The notes under the pieces: model-generated
What the model was told of the DNA's origin: nothing
Database searches by the model: none
What the model saw: only the letters and a program-made list of their open reading frames with translations
Program-made: the position numbers and the translations under genes
In this document: positions 57,501 through 64,000 of the stretch, one piece after another
How positions within the stretch are numbered: position 1 is the stretch's first letter
Layout of the letters: every line of letters starts with the position of its first letter
Source of the DNA: a virus
Taxonomy: Duplodnaviria > Caudoviricetes
Length of the DNA stretch: 64,000 bases
Direction: 5' to 3' (one strand)
IMG/VR virus record: IMGVR_UViG_3300005512_000003

Positions 57501-58571
57501 CTTACAGATCCAGTAACTGGACTTGGAACCACTGGTGCTGGTGGTGCTGGATATCTTGCTGCACCAGATGTATCAATATCCCTTCCAACAGGAATCGGTA
57601 CAACTGGAAGAGCGGAAGCAACTGCTAATATCAGTAATGGTATTGTAACTAGCTTTACGATTACAAATCCAGGTTATGGGTATACATTTACCAATGTTCC
57701 TTTAGTAATGATATCCGAACCAGAATCTCACAAAGAGACTGTTCTTGGTAAAGGGTATAGTGGTGATTTTGGTGTTATTGTTGGTATTGCAACTACAACA
57801 ATCGTTGGAACTGCAACTACTGGCGTCAAAGGTTTGGTTCTCAATCTTGACATTGAAGATGACTCATTCTTGCGTGATCCAGATTACGTTGGAACTGCAA
57901 TCAGTGAGACTAGAATAGAGGTTGGAGACTACTTCGCTATCAGTAACTCCAACTTGGGACTTGGATTGACTGCACTTAGATATGGCGATGGTTCTGTTAT
58001 CAGTTATGGATCTACATTCTTTGATGGAATCTATCAGGTTGCTAATGTTGCGTATGGATCTTCTTTAGCAGGAACTCTTATTGAAGAAACTCGTTATGTA
58101 ACCATTGATCCAGAAATATTTGATAGTCCTGTTGTGGTTGGTCCAAATGACCCAGATGGAACTCTAATAACAGCACCACTATATACCTTTAGCATAACAG
58201 AAACCATTGACAGTCCAGTAGAAATTGACACTTCTTCCACTGCAAGAGTCTTGAATGGAGTAACAATCACTATTGATGATATTGCTAGAACATCTCTGAT
58301 TCTCACAGAGACTGGAAGAGCAATTATTGGTGATAGAGTTCCTTCAAGAATCACAGTTCGTGTTGAAGACTTTAATGGAGTTGAAACTCAATATCATCCA
58401 GGAAGTTACAAGGGTAGATTCTACGGTGATTATAGTTGGGGTAAGATTGACATTCCTACAAGGACTTCTACAAGAGACTTTGTTGGATATGCAACCGAAG
58501 GTTATGTCGGACTTTCCTCTTCACCATTCGTAAGAAGAAAGAATCCACTTAAGACTATCAACTATCTTTGA
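45576..58571 (+). CDS. gp7: Giant baseplate wedge initiator gp7-like protein (4331 aa)
   Basis: Position between gp6 and gp8; QLPAFV...FL.EYY; FY.SKGT..SF..LFR.LYG; YYQYFSY...HTAG. Confidence 0.85.
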   Translation: MVKRVKISSVIESQLPAFVREDFPRVAEFLQEYYRSLDSQSGTLDLLHNIDKYVKVEEMTNLNHETTLTSNVSRFDNTIEVADTTDFPETYGLIQINSEVITYTGKTSTSFTGCVRGFSGITSYRSQNKPDSLVFSDTAIGKHSSGATVKNLSTLFFKEFLRKTKNQVTPGFEDRELYSGINQNLFIKQSRDFYESKGTDQSFEILFRALYGKDVEILKPRDNLFQPSDAQYSVTQDLVVEAVTGDPLNLQNKTLFQDAGSGFEEARGSVTKSEQFVKDGKTYYKLSLDYDFDKDINVFGSLFGEFQVHPKTRVITAVSAGATILDVDSTVGFGTNGTLVIDSSAGTATEVTYTSKTLNQFFGCANVPDVLSETEARTNVTAYGYQGPGATNPITVRVGAVLSDIEFDPTTNGLKDKDSLKIDSLGKRALDSKSNNWIFNIPAVYDIKSVTLVDSSDFTYRFQTFDALTLYDGDSIDVLTQTGVRITSQITSIENENTFQVRVGQQLIETQKHTIFKNLTKVNATNFPQTNDNNANVQNAYLDGNDDLYIASPSLPAYFRQELKVKDRSISFSGTYTDAEVIDIGFHGLYTGDSVVYIPGSGTNKLNIDAGTYFVKRVSSNEVSLYRSRANIFNNVFIAITGTVTDNKFELFRLSGQTLESQKLIRKFPPPEDSQFINKTTAGQIGMLVNGVEILNYKSPDSIFYGPIENIIVTSPGSGYDVVNPPILGITDPVGTAATGLIAVEGSFEEIRVVDGGFDYIGTPVITVTGGGGRGATAEADMLTVKHVNNFNAFGDSGRVDLSNNTIGFSSFHKFRNGEAVIYSTGGASNVGGISTDSEYFVSTLESDTYIKLHYTESDAIAGINTVNLTSYGEGTHSFTAVKRKRVINSIKVTNAGSGYKNRAIQVSSSNINTYSDTIFSKNHGYSDGDLLVYSSTGISADGLDEGSKYYVTRVDGDSFRLSPVGVGTTVAKDFYFTTKQHINITGQGTGTHSFNYEPIEVKVDGVIGITTFSGQDFDAKLQPIVRGEITGVSLSNNGIGYGSSEIIGDNRQPLFTFNRGSGAILEPVVINGTIIEVVIKSGGSGYNSPPSLTVLGDGEGAELVPVITNGAITDVEIANSGYNYTNSKTSISITPAGSGAALQASIKNWVINLFERSLQVPNITDDDGFIAEGLNPEYGLQYCHIYAPRKFRQNVYREVTRLDKQVFVPDLIIDSTTSSEIASKNHSPIIGWAYDGNPIYGPYGYDKATGGVVRAMVSGYERVTPDNRPPVGKFPKGFLIDDYTFTGSGDLDKYNGRFCVTPEYPNGTYAYFATISNGAVESVGPFRGYKLPQFPYFIGDEFRSSPIDFNFKKNSNQDDFDVISNKLVRNTTPYNTKSSTQRYPYYLDPTTIQEHNSVIDDVKAGKVESVKVKKEGLDYKVDDIVRFDNSGTSGRQAAAKVSRIKGVTVTGVAVSTKQITDIEFSQSGRTGVLVGYATQPHDFKNNDEVTISGLSTTNTGLQRFFSIEVPRNSLVLRSGIGTTGATGMVTFVSVSGDLSAIASDDVYVLGDEKVRVLNVDSKSSRLRVERKYGGTTGAAHTATTFVTEDPRRLFVNVGYSEKLDLFPNVKLYFDPKETFAQQSVGVASTNIVSVSFANPGSGATSVSLTASQLYIPNHGLRTNSKLLYNANGSDGIRVSLALTSQFGTGFNVGFNTFTLADNSIVYAARFSNDIIGIATNPIVTNNAGGFVGIGSTTQGLLFFEGYGSGDKHSLVTDYSNTLSGLINRNVVTVSTASTHNLVANETVKLDVFPGITTTIKLSYNEVARRVVGNRLNFVKTAVDLLENTITIENHGFVTGQKVIYQSALSSADRIIDSDTTVDVPTVFPSPLEVEKPFTLRATLNGVIIVDADAIPSNSIFYVVVEDYNTIKLASTYYNAVKSNPEIVDMISNTFGDLAPINPPVALIRNQTVEFDLSDSSLSYRRGSIDYPAFEFNLFTDSNFKNKFFSSTATSNFEVTSTGKIGTSGAKVSVLVSDNLPKNLYYKLDPVDVINTPESKQQILVDDENVPNNNAIIITTSIFSGNHRVTGVGTTSIQYNVLLRPEKESYNRSEAVMTYDTASRRAIGPISEVSVRSGGRGYEVLPAITSIGSTWGRNAILEPTSDSIGRVKSYCINDIGFDYPSDPTLRPTLNIPQVLKLEPLTTIERIGITSVGVGYGIAPDLVFIDGNTGKVVDVDLSYNIGDRFVTIRKNSTEIYNTTPAIIPINNTNGVGISSIFYDSGLKTVEIILDTVGYSTSSAFPFDVGDKVFIENVSVGVGSTGKGFNSVNYEYKLFTVTSTDPNIGGAEPRVKYSLDGDLTDGKVPGLFDAANSAGRIIPEKYFPIFNVTLRKNTFIEGETIKSGSKEGIVESWNFRGDDLNVRVTSDDFFEVNDTVRGTTSGSVAAISSNKMYKANYTTKATSIVENGFNQDTGVLNLDLQRLHDNDYYQYFSYSVKSEVDLEDWDNAVSALDHTAGFKKFSDLQLVSAGATDRDGNSGIRTDQNDGDFLGIANIDQEIDLNCVNDFDLATENNIFIDGQVRSDEIILNSREIQDYFESVGNRVLMIDDISDQFNDRPRPTRYSVIDEFPIVGDNVIRARKYLLFIRDRRFTETRENIFVSILHDNTFGYLNQYGRVETVEDMGYFDFDIVNGNGRLLFYPEKFRVNNFDITFTAYGVKDGILGVGATALGDVAEIRTTQVGVETGKVTPIVSIANTYRASKLLIEITTDDQRYEFDEFTLIHDGNNNCGEIEAVEYAQLTTHSRDDASSVGLGTYSLVCGAGNTQSYDVGLSTALFATLTGFSTAVSGTGIGTDGGFSIGQHLKITGTTGIGTSARVAISTALDLQTVDTFVLTGVAGNDNNGGSRPMTAIGRNESLKLQYSTNGGTTFVGLGTIIGSTDVSAPLRTYEISLPTEARTSSTIIRLEQPTSNGGTDDEFGITHIGFTNTTIEQNDIVVNFHPYAGVACTVDVLRVSIADTTATGIGTTTLNTAIIDSHYTSIASTDSPVANVVATYDATVYNGGYYIVTVEDLTNGWSQVSELMVANNEEFNNITEFGEIITMVTLGEFGVQRTADTVQVTFEPNPDADMEVRVFQNAMRLVDPLNGVTTIDLNQGTVQTGAAEYFGTENDIKRSFELTHQSRPIFRRVINPTAAGIVSITDNTIRIPQNFFVTGEEVEYTAADRFIQPDPIGIATTTIAGVSTDKLPSTLYIVKVDELNVQVAASASEALSVPPSVLDITSVGVGTIHRFDAKKQKTKGLIALDNMIQSPIADTSVSVGLVTTVRPTTDRITLSGITSIFAGDLLQINDEIMRVATVGVGTTNVLIVNRPWMGTGLGTHQSGDTVTKIIGNYNIQDNQLHFAAAPYGAYPLSTTSGSVDERDWTGVTTHTTFSGRIFTRTSQEGSDLEPYTYNTIFDDISEEFNGITTSFVLTSGKNNVTNVAEDNGIVLIRDIYQGPRRADDIVVIGGDYELTEGSGITTAIFQEQDLGVKYDNNTNKIPRGGLIVSVGSTQSRGYQPLIGAGATATVSGGAITTISIGNTGSGYREWYGTETLVRAYNPVTGTSSTVGVATVFDGHITGVRLDSPGTGYSSADLPTISIDPPAGYASIPMVYSNDYPNNSGVGTGLVVDITVGQGSTVIDFDIVNYGFGYRQGDILTIPRTGIGSIPLDSGIGHIEFTLTVQKTYKDEFSGWALGNFQRFDDISDLFNGFRTEFPIKINGVRTSIRARTGSQLDVQASLLVFINDILQVPGEGYIFNGGSTITFTEAPMGYDASAPYNGDTVKIIFYRGTKDVDVVFVDILETIKVGDTVELYDDYPVYDEDPRLVVDITATDTLETNVYPGPGISTDLSYKRALQWCRQTEDLIINDQPVAKDREIYKALVNPAAAILQDVGVGDTTIYVENVKTFFDSTKENAQNLIENTIEIIDQDAVCAAAATAVVSAAGTISSIVLTDPVTGLGTTGAGGAGYLAAPDVSISLPTGIGTTGRAEATANISNGIVTSFTITNPGYGYTFTNVPLVMISEPESHKETVLGKGYSGDFGVIVGIATTTIVGTATTGVKGLVLNLDIEDDSFLRDPDYVGTAISETRIEVGDYFAISNSNLGLGLTALRYGDGSVISYGSTFFDGIYQVANVAYGSSLAGTLIEETRYVTIDPEIFDSPVVVGPNDPDGTLITAPLYTFSITETIDSPVEIDTSSTARVLNGVTITIDDIARTSLILTETGRAIIGDRVPSRITVRVEDFNGVETQYHPGSYKGRFYGDYSWGKIDIPTRTSTRDFVGYATEGYVGLSSSPFVRRKNPLKTINYL

Positions 58572-58596
58572 TAAATAAGTAAAAAACTCATAAGAA

Positions 58597-60192
58597 ATGG
58601 CTGCCATTATAACTGATCAACTCAGGATTTTGAACGCCAAGAACTTTGTGTCCTTGGCGTCTTCTGACAAAAACTCATATTATGCTTTTGTTGGTCTTCC
58701 CAATCCAACAGAATATTATTCTGATTGGGATACTACTCCTCCAGCACCTAAGGATTCTTTTGATCAGGAGAATTCTTATTGGGACACAATGATTGCATTG
58801 AAAAAGATCATTCCTGGTGATGTCAGGCAAGTAGTCAGAAAGATTGAGTGGACATCTGGTACAACTTATGATATGTACCGTCACGATGTTACTAGAGATC
58901 GTCCATCAAAACCATCTCAATCTCTAAGCATTTATTCTGCGAACTACTATGTTGTAAACAGCGATTTTAGAGTTTATATCTGTTTGCAAAATGGCACCAA
59001 TCCTGAGAATCCTAATGGTAGACCATCTCTGGATGAACCAACATTTACTGATTTAGAACCCAGAGCAGCAGGTTCTAGTGGCGATGGATATATTTGGAAG
59101 TATCTCTATACCATCAAACCAAGTGATATCGCTAAGTTTGATACGATTAATTTTATGCCTGTTCCAAAGAACTGGGATACTGAAACCTCTACTGATGCGT
59201 GTGGAAATAACGTAGCGTCTGTAAGAGAAAACGCTGCTTCAAGTGGACAGATTAAAATATGCACAATCACAAATCGTGGAGTTGGTATCGGAACTGCTAA
59301 CACAACATATACAAAAGTCCCCATCAAGGGGGATGGTAGTGGAGCAGAATGCACCATCGTTGTCAACAATGATTCTAAAGTAGAGTCTGTTACAGTATCC
59401 AATGGCGGTTCTGGATATTCCTTTGGAACTGTAGACACTGTTGCTGGAGGTCTTCCTACAGGAACAACTGCACCCGTTTTTGATGTAATCATTCCCCCAC
59501 AAGGGGGTCACGGTGCAGATATCTATAGAGAACTTGGGGCATTTAGAGTTCTGGTTTATTCAAGAATTGAAAACGATAACCAAGATCCTGACTTCATTAC
59601 TGGTAATCAAATCTCTAGAATAGGACTGGTTGAAAATCCAAATGCATATGGAACTTCAACGGTTTTAACAAAGTCAAAGGCAAGTGCTGTTGGTGCGGTA
59701 CGTCTTGGCATTGGATATAGCACTGCAACTTATCCAGCAGATTCGGTCATTTATCAGACTATTGGAACTGGATCAACTGCTGTTGCAAGAGTTGTTTCTT
59801 ATGATAAGACTACAGGTGTCTTAAAGTATTGGCAAGATAGAACTCTGATTGGTTTTAGCACAAACACAACAGATCTTCTTGAGTATGATAAGAACACCAC
59901 TCCTAAATATGGATTTGAACAAAAAGCATTTACTGCTACACCATCAAGCGGTGGAAATGTTCAGATTGTGAGAGAGGGTTCTACCTCAGGAGTTGGTATT
60001 GACACTGCGTTTACTGGTTCTACACTGTCACTAAATAATAAAACATACAACTTGGGTCAAGAGTTTACAAGTGGTCTGGCGAATCCAGAGGTTCAAAAGC
60101 ACACTGGAAACATTCTTTATGTAGACCATAGACCTGCGATTACGAGATCTCAAAATCAAAGAGAAGACATAAAAATAGTATTGCAATTCTAA
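58597..60192 (+). CDS. gp8: Baseplate wedge subunit gp8
   Basis: MAAIITDQLRI.NA; W.SG..YD.Y; VYICL.N; DGY.WKYLY; GHG.D...ELGA; Q.EDIKIVLQF. Confidence 0.9.
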   Translation: MAAIITDQLRILNAKNFVSLASSDKNSYYAFVGLPNPTEYYSDWDTTPPAPKDSFDQENSYWDTMIALKKIIPGDVRQVVRKIEWTSGTTYDMYRHDVTRDRPSKPSQSLSIYSANYYVVNSDFRVYICLQNGTNPENPNGRPSLDEPTFTDLEPRAAGSSGDGYIWKYLYTIKPSDIAKFDTINFMPVPKNWDTETSTDACGNNVASVRENAASSGQIKICTITNRGVGIGTANTTYTKVPIKGDGSGAECTIVVNNDSKVESVTVSNGGSGYSFGTVDTVAGGLPTGTTAPVFDVIIPPQGGHGADIYRELGAFRVLVYSRIENDNQDPDFITGNQISRIGLVENPNAYGTSTVLTKSKASAVGAVRLGIGYSTATYPADSVIYQTIGTGSTAVARVVSYDKTTGVLKYWQDRTLIGFSTNTTDLLEYDKNTTPKYGFEQKAFTATPSSGGNVQIVREGSTSGVGIDTAFTGSTLSLNNKTYNLGQEFTSGLANPEVQKHTGNILYVDHRPAITRSQNQREDIKIVLQF

Positions 60193-60198
60193 CGAATT

Positions 60199-63100
60199 AT
60201 GCCACAGGAACTCAACCTCAACGTATCGCCATACTTTGACGATTTCGATAAAGACAAAGATTATTACAAGGTTTTATTTAAGCCTGGGTATCCTGTTCAG
60301 GCGAGGGAGCTGACTGGATTACAGTCGATTTTACAAAATCAGATAGAACAGTTTGGAAATCATATTTTCAAAGAAGGTTCTGTTGTAATCCCTGGACAAG
60401 TAAGTTATATTGATAACTATTATGCTGTAGAGATTCAATCTGAATATCTGGGCATTAATATTTTAGCATATTTGAATAAACTGGTAGGTAAAACTATCAG
60501 AGGTGAAAACACAGGTGTTCGTGCTTCTATTGTTGCAGTATTACCATCTGCAGATTCTGATAGAGGAAATAATACTCTTTATGTCAACTTTTTAGATTCT
60601 GACTATCTTACTGGAACGTATCAATCTTTTGCAAATGATGAGGTTCTTCTTCTTGAAGAAGGTCTGTTTGGAGAAAATGAGATTTCTGCTGGCAAATCGG
60701 TTATTGTACAACCAGGTTCTGGATGTGCTGTAACTATTCCTCTGAACGCAAATTCTGTCGGATCGGCAGTATATCTGAGTGAAGGTGTATACTTCTTAAG
60801 GGGTTATTTTGTAACTGTTCCTGAACAAACTCTCATTCTTGACCAATACGGTAATACCTCTAGTTATAGAGTCGGTCTTCAAGTTACAGAGGAGATCATA
60901 GACTCTGACGAAGATGAAACTCTGGTTGATAATGCCAAAGGATTTAATAACTTTGCCGCTCCTGGTGCAGATCGTTTAAAAATAACGGCAGAACTAGTTA
61001 AGGTTGAACTAGGAACGAATGATGTTGATAACTTTGTAGAACTCTTAGAAGTAAGAAATGGTATTTTAAGATCAGTTGTTGAGAATCCTGACTATAATCT
61101 GATCAAAGATGAACTTGCAAGAAGAACATATAATGAGTCTGGAGATTATTATATCAATCAACCAACTGTCATTCCAAAAGAATCTCTCAATGATTTAAAA
61201 GGAAATGGTGGCATTTTTAACACTGCTGAGACAACTTATAATAATAATACCCCGAGTGATGACTTGGGCATATATCAAGTAACTCCCACAAAAGCAGTTG
61301 TAAAGGGATATGATGTAGAAACAATCAGTTCTACCTTTGTAGATTTTCCAAAACCAAGAACTACTAAAACGGTTACAAATCAAAGAACAAATTACGTAAC
61401 TGGTCCAACATACGTTCTCAATAGAGTTCATGGTGCTCCTACTATTGGTGTCGGCACCGACTTTGTTGTTCATTTGATGGATTCTCGTAAGGGAGTATCT
61501 GGTATTGCATCTGCAGGAAAAGAAATCGGACTTGCAAGAGTATATGATTTTGTTCTTGAAAGTGGATCATATGACACTACTGTACCAGATCTGAATGAAT
61601 ATGACATTTCTCTGTATGATATTCAAACTTACACAGAAGTAACGCTAAATCAGGCAACAACACTGACTGTTCCAACTCACGTAAGAGGAAAATCTAGCGG
61701 AGCAACAGGTTTTCTTAGATATGATGTTTCTAGTGGCACTCTTCTTACACTTTATAATACCAAAGGCAAGTTTAAGGATGGAGAGTCCTTTATCTTTGAT
61801 GGGATTGATGACACCAGAATATCAGTTGCAACAACATCATATGGCACTGAAAAAGTAAAATCAATTTTTGCAAGGGTTGGCACAGCAGGAACTTTTAATG
61901 CTGATGTTAAACCATCAACGCTTGCTAACGTTGGTTTTGTTAGTATTACTGCTGCATCTGGTGGAATAAGCACTGTTACTACAACAGACTTCAACTTTAT
62001 TGGTATTGCAACTGAAGGAAGCACAGTTTCTTTTACTAATGCAGGTCTTTCAACTGCAAGTTTTGCTAGAGTTAGTACAGTTTCTAAACACTCTCTGACG
62101 ATTGCTGGAGTGACTACAGTCATAGGTATTAATGAAGGTGGTCTCCCTGGAACTGCAATCCAACCAGCGGACTTCAAAGTTTTATATTCTCCATTCCAGT
62201 CTTCTACTGACAATACATTATATACTGTTCTTCCAAAGAAGAATATTTCTAAAGTTGACATCAACAGCTCTTCTTTGATTATTAGAAAAAAGTTCTCAGT
62301 GACTGTTGTAAGCAATGAAACAAATACTATCCAAGCACCTAGCGGAGAAACTTTCCTGCCATTTGACGAGGAAAGATATTTGTTTATGAGGGATGATGGT
62401 AGTGTAGAAGAGTTGACAGCAGATAAGTTTATTTTTAATCCAACAAATACTACATTAAAAATTGAAGGTTTGTCAAACGCTACTGGTGGGGCACAACTTT
62501 TTGCAACTCTCACCAAAGCGCAACCATCATCAAAAACTAAGATTAGAAAGAAAGTTAATGTCTTAAATGTTAATCTTTCATCTAGTGCTAGTAGTGGTAT
62601 TGGAACAACTACATTCGATGATGGGTTAACATTTGGTACATATCCATACGGAACAAGAGTTCAAGATAAGGACATTTGTCTTTTAAAAGCAGATGTAACT
62701 AAACTTTGGGGAGTATTTGAGTCTGATAACACTGCAAATGCAGATTTGCCCAACATTGCACTTACAGTTATCAGTGGCACCAATGCCAAAACAAGTGACT
62801 TATTGATTGGTGAAGAGTTTGAAGGTCAAACTAGTGGAGCACTTGGCATTTATTGTGAAAAACTCTCAGATAGTAAGATAAGTTATATTCGTCTGAATCA
62901 GGAGAGATTCCAAGAAGGGGAAACCATCAAGTTTAAAGATACTGGAGTAACTGCAACCGCTGAGATTCTTGGCAGAGGCGATAACAACATTACTCAAAAC
63001 TATGTTCTTGATAATGGTCAGAGATCTACCATTTATGACTTTGGTAGAATAACAAGAAAGGACCTTAAACTTGCTCCATCAAAGAGACTGAAAATTGTTT

Positions 63101-64000
63101 TTGAAACTGCTGAGTTTGAATCTTCTGATCGTGGGGATATTATAACAGTCAATAGTTACAATGCATTTGACTATAAAAACATTCCAAGAGTAAATGGAGT
63201 TCCAAACTCTGATATTTTAGATATTAGACCTAGATCAACTTCTGTAGGAGTAGTCACTACTGGAGACTTATCACCATTTGAATTTAGAGGAAGATCAATC
63301 AATGCTACTGGAAACTCTGTTCCAAACATTCTTGCTAGTGATGAGCAAATCCTTATCGATTATTCATACTACTTACCAAGAATAGACAGAATCTTCTTAA
63401 CAAAAGATGGAGTATTCCAGTTAAATCAAGGAACTCCAGCAGAAACTCCACAGTTACCAGATTCCATTGATGATGGTATTGAAGTTGCAAGAGCATCCTT
63501 GCCTGCATATCTTTATGATATCAATGATGTAGACATCAATATCTTTGACTATAAAAGATACAAGATGTCCGATATCAATAAACTTGATAAGAGACTGAGC
63601 AATCTTGAACTGTTTACAGCACTTTCTCTGCTGGAAGTAGATACTGCAAATCTTCCAATCAAAGATAATGATGGACTGATTAGATTTAAATCTGGATTCT
63701 TTGTTGATGATTTCTCTTCTACAAAAGCACAGAGAAAAGAAACTCTTGTAAAGAACAGTATTGATGTTATCAATAGTGAACTGAGACCTGCACCATACAC
63801 AACCGAGATAGATCTTCTTTTGGGAAGTGAGTCATCGATTGGAATCAATGGACCAGCTGATCCATTTGTAGATACAGAGTTTGTTTCTGATCTACTCGGA
63901 TCGAATATTAAGAAAACTGGTCAGTTAGTAACACTGGATTATACAGAAGTTACTGAGATTGAGCAACCCTATGCTACCAGACAAGAAAAAGTTTCTCCAG
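60199..64000 (+). CDS. VrlC-like/DUF4815 large virion structural protein, 3' truncated (not in the ORF track)
   Basis: MPQELNLNVSPYFDDFD..KDYYKVLFKPG.PVQARELT.LQS.LQNQI; APGADRLK; YYLPRIDR; RFKSGFFVD.F. Confidence 0.85.
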   Translation, partial: MPQELNLNVSPYFDDFDKDKDYYKVLFKPGYPVQARELTGLQSILQNQIEQFGNHIFKEGSVVIPGQVSYIDNYYAVEIQSEYLGINILAYLNKLVGKTIRGENTGVRASIVAVLPSADSDRGNNTLYVNFLDSDYLTGTYQSFANDEVLLLEEGLFGENEISAGKSVIVQPGSGCAVTIPLNANSVGSAVYLSEGVYFLRGYFVTVPEQTLILDQYGNTSSYRVGLQVTEEIIDSDEDETLVDNAKGFNNFAAPGADRLKITAELVKVELGTNDVDNFVELLEVRNGILRSVVENPDYNLIKDELARRTYNESGDYYINQPTVIPKESLNDLKGNGGIFNTAETTYNNNTPSDDLGIYQVTPTKAVVKGYDVETISSTFVDFPKPRTTKTVTNQRTNYVTGPTYVLNRVHGAPTIGVGTDFVVHLMDSRKGVSGIASAGKEIGLARVYDFVLESGSYDTTVPDLNEYDISLYDIQTYTEVTLNQATTLTVPTHVRGKSSGATGFLRYDVSSGTLLTLYNTKGKFKDGESFIFDGIDDTRISVATTSYGTEKVKSIFARVGTAGTFNADVKPSTLANVGFVSITAASGGISTVTTTDFNFIGIATEGSTVSFTNAGLSTASFARVSTVSKHSLTIAGVTTVIGINEGGLPGTAIQPADFKVLYSPFQSSTDNTLYTVLPKKNISKVDINSSSLIIRKKFSVTVVSNETNTIQAPSGETFLPFDEERYLFMRDDGSVEELTADKFIFNPTNTTLKIEGLSNATGGAQLFATLTKAQPSSKTKIRKKVNVLNVNLSSSASSGIGTTTFDDGLTFGTYPYGTRVQDKDICLLKADVTKLWGVFESDNTANADLPNIALTVISGTNAKTSDLLIGEEFEGQTSGALGIYCEKLSDSKISYIRLNQERFQEGETIKFKDTGVTATAEILGRGDNNITQNYVLDNGQRSTIYDFGRITRKDLKLAPSKRLKIVFETAEFESSDRGDIITVNSYNAFDYKNIPRVNGVPNSDILDIRPRSTSVGVVTTGDLSPFEFRGRSINATGNSVPNILASDEQILIDYSYYLPRIDRIFLTKDGVFQLNQGTPAETPQLPDSIDDGIEVARASLPAYLYDINDVDINIFDYKRYKMSDINKLDKRLSNLELFTALSLLEVDTANLPIKDNDGLIRFKSGFFVDDFSSTKAQRKETLVKNSIDVINSELRPAPYTTEIDLLLGSESSIGINGPADPFVDTEFVSDLLGSNIKKTGQLVTLDYTEVTEIEQPYATRQEKVSP

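Noticed and set aside
61752-62516. 254-aa minus-strand ORF and other antisense ORFs within structural genes
   Set aside because: Shadows of the long + strand reading frames, with no motifs or expression signals.

Overview
A 64-kb segment of a T4-like cyanophage (cyanomyovirus, Kyanoviridae-like), probably infecting a phycobilisome-bearing Synechococcus. Nearly all genes lie on the + strand. Layout: (1) 1-25.2 kb is a late tail-fibre/adhesin cluster (S8 protease, Mtd_N-like fibres, LamG/SPRY protein, two beta-helix tailspike paralogues, three S74-chaperone fibres) with T4-type TAAATA late promoters. It is interrupted at 13-18 kb by an early island (GIY-YIG, SF2 helicase, GIY-YIG, nblA-like, cupin, talC). 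(2) 25.2-40.8 kb is an early/host-takeover region of many small, often acidic ORFs, three HNH endonucleases, a Dam-like methylase, a Nudix hydrolase, an HEXXH protease, an ArdA-like gene next to an EcoRI-like nuclease, and a repeat-rich non-coding block at 35.2-35.9 kb. (3) 41-64 kb holds a glycosyltransferase-like gene and the baseplate operon gp25-gp6-gp7-gp8 followed by a VrlC/DUF4815-like gene that runs off the end. The most notable unexplained structures are: a recurring small-RNA-like cassette displaying a sequence antisense to the translation start of the downstream endonuclease-type gene (3 copies, with covariation); an endonuclease insertion that seems to have replaced the helicase promoter and start; an alternating two-motif repeat array with divergent promoters; a pseudoknot-capable RNA-like element before an HNH gene; and the ArdA/EcoRI-like pair. 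All family assignments come from motif recognition by eye; no database searches were run.
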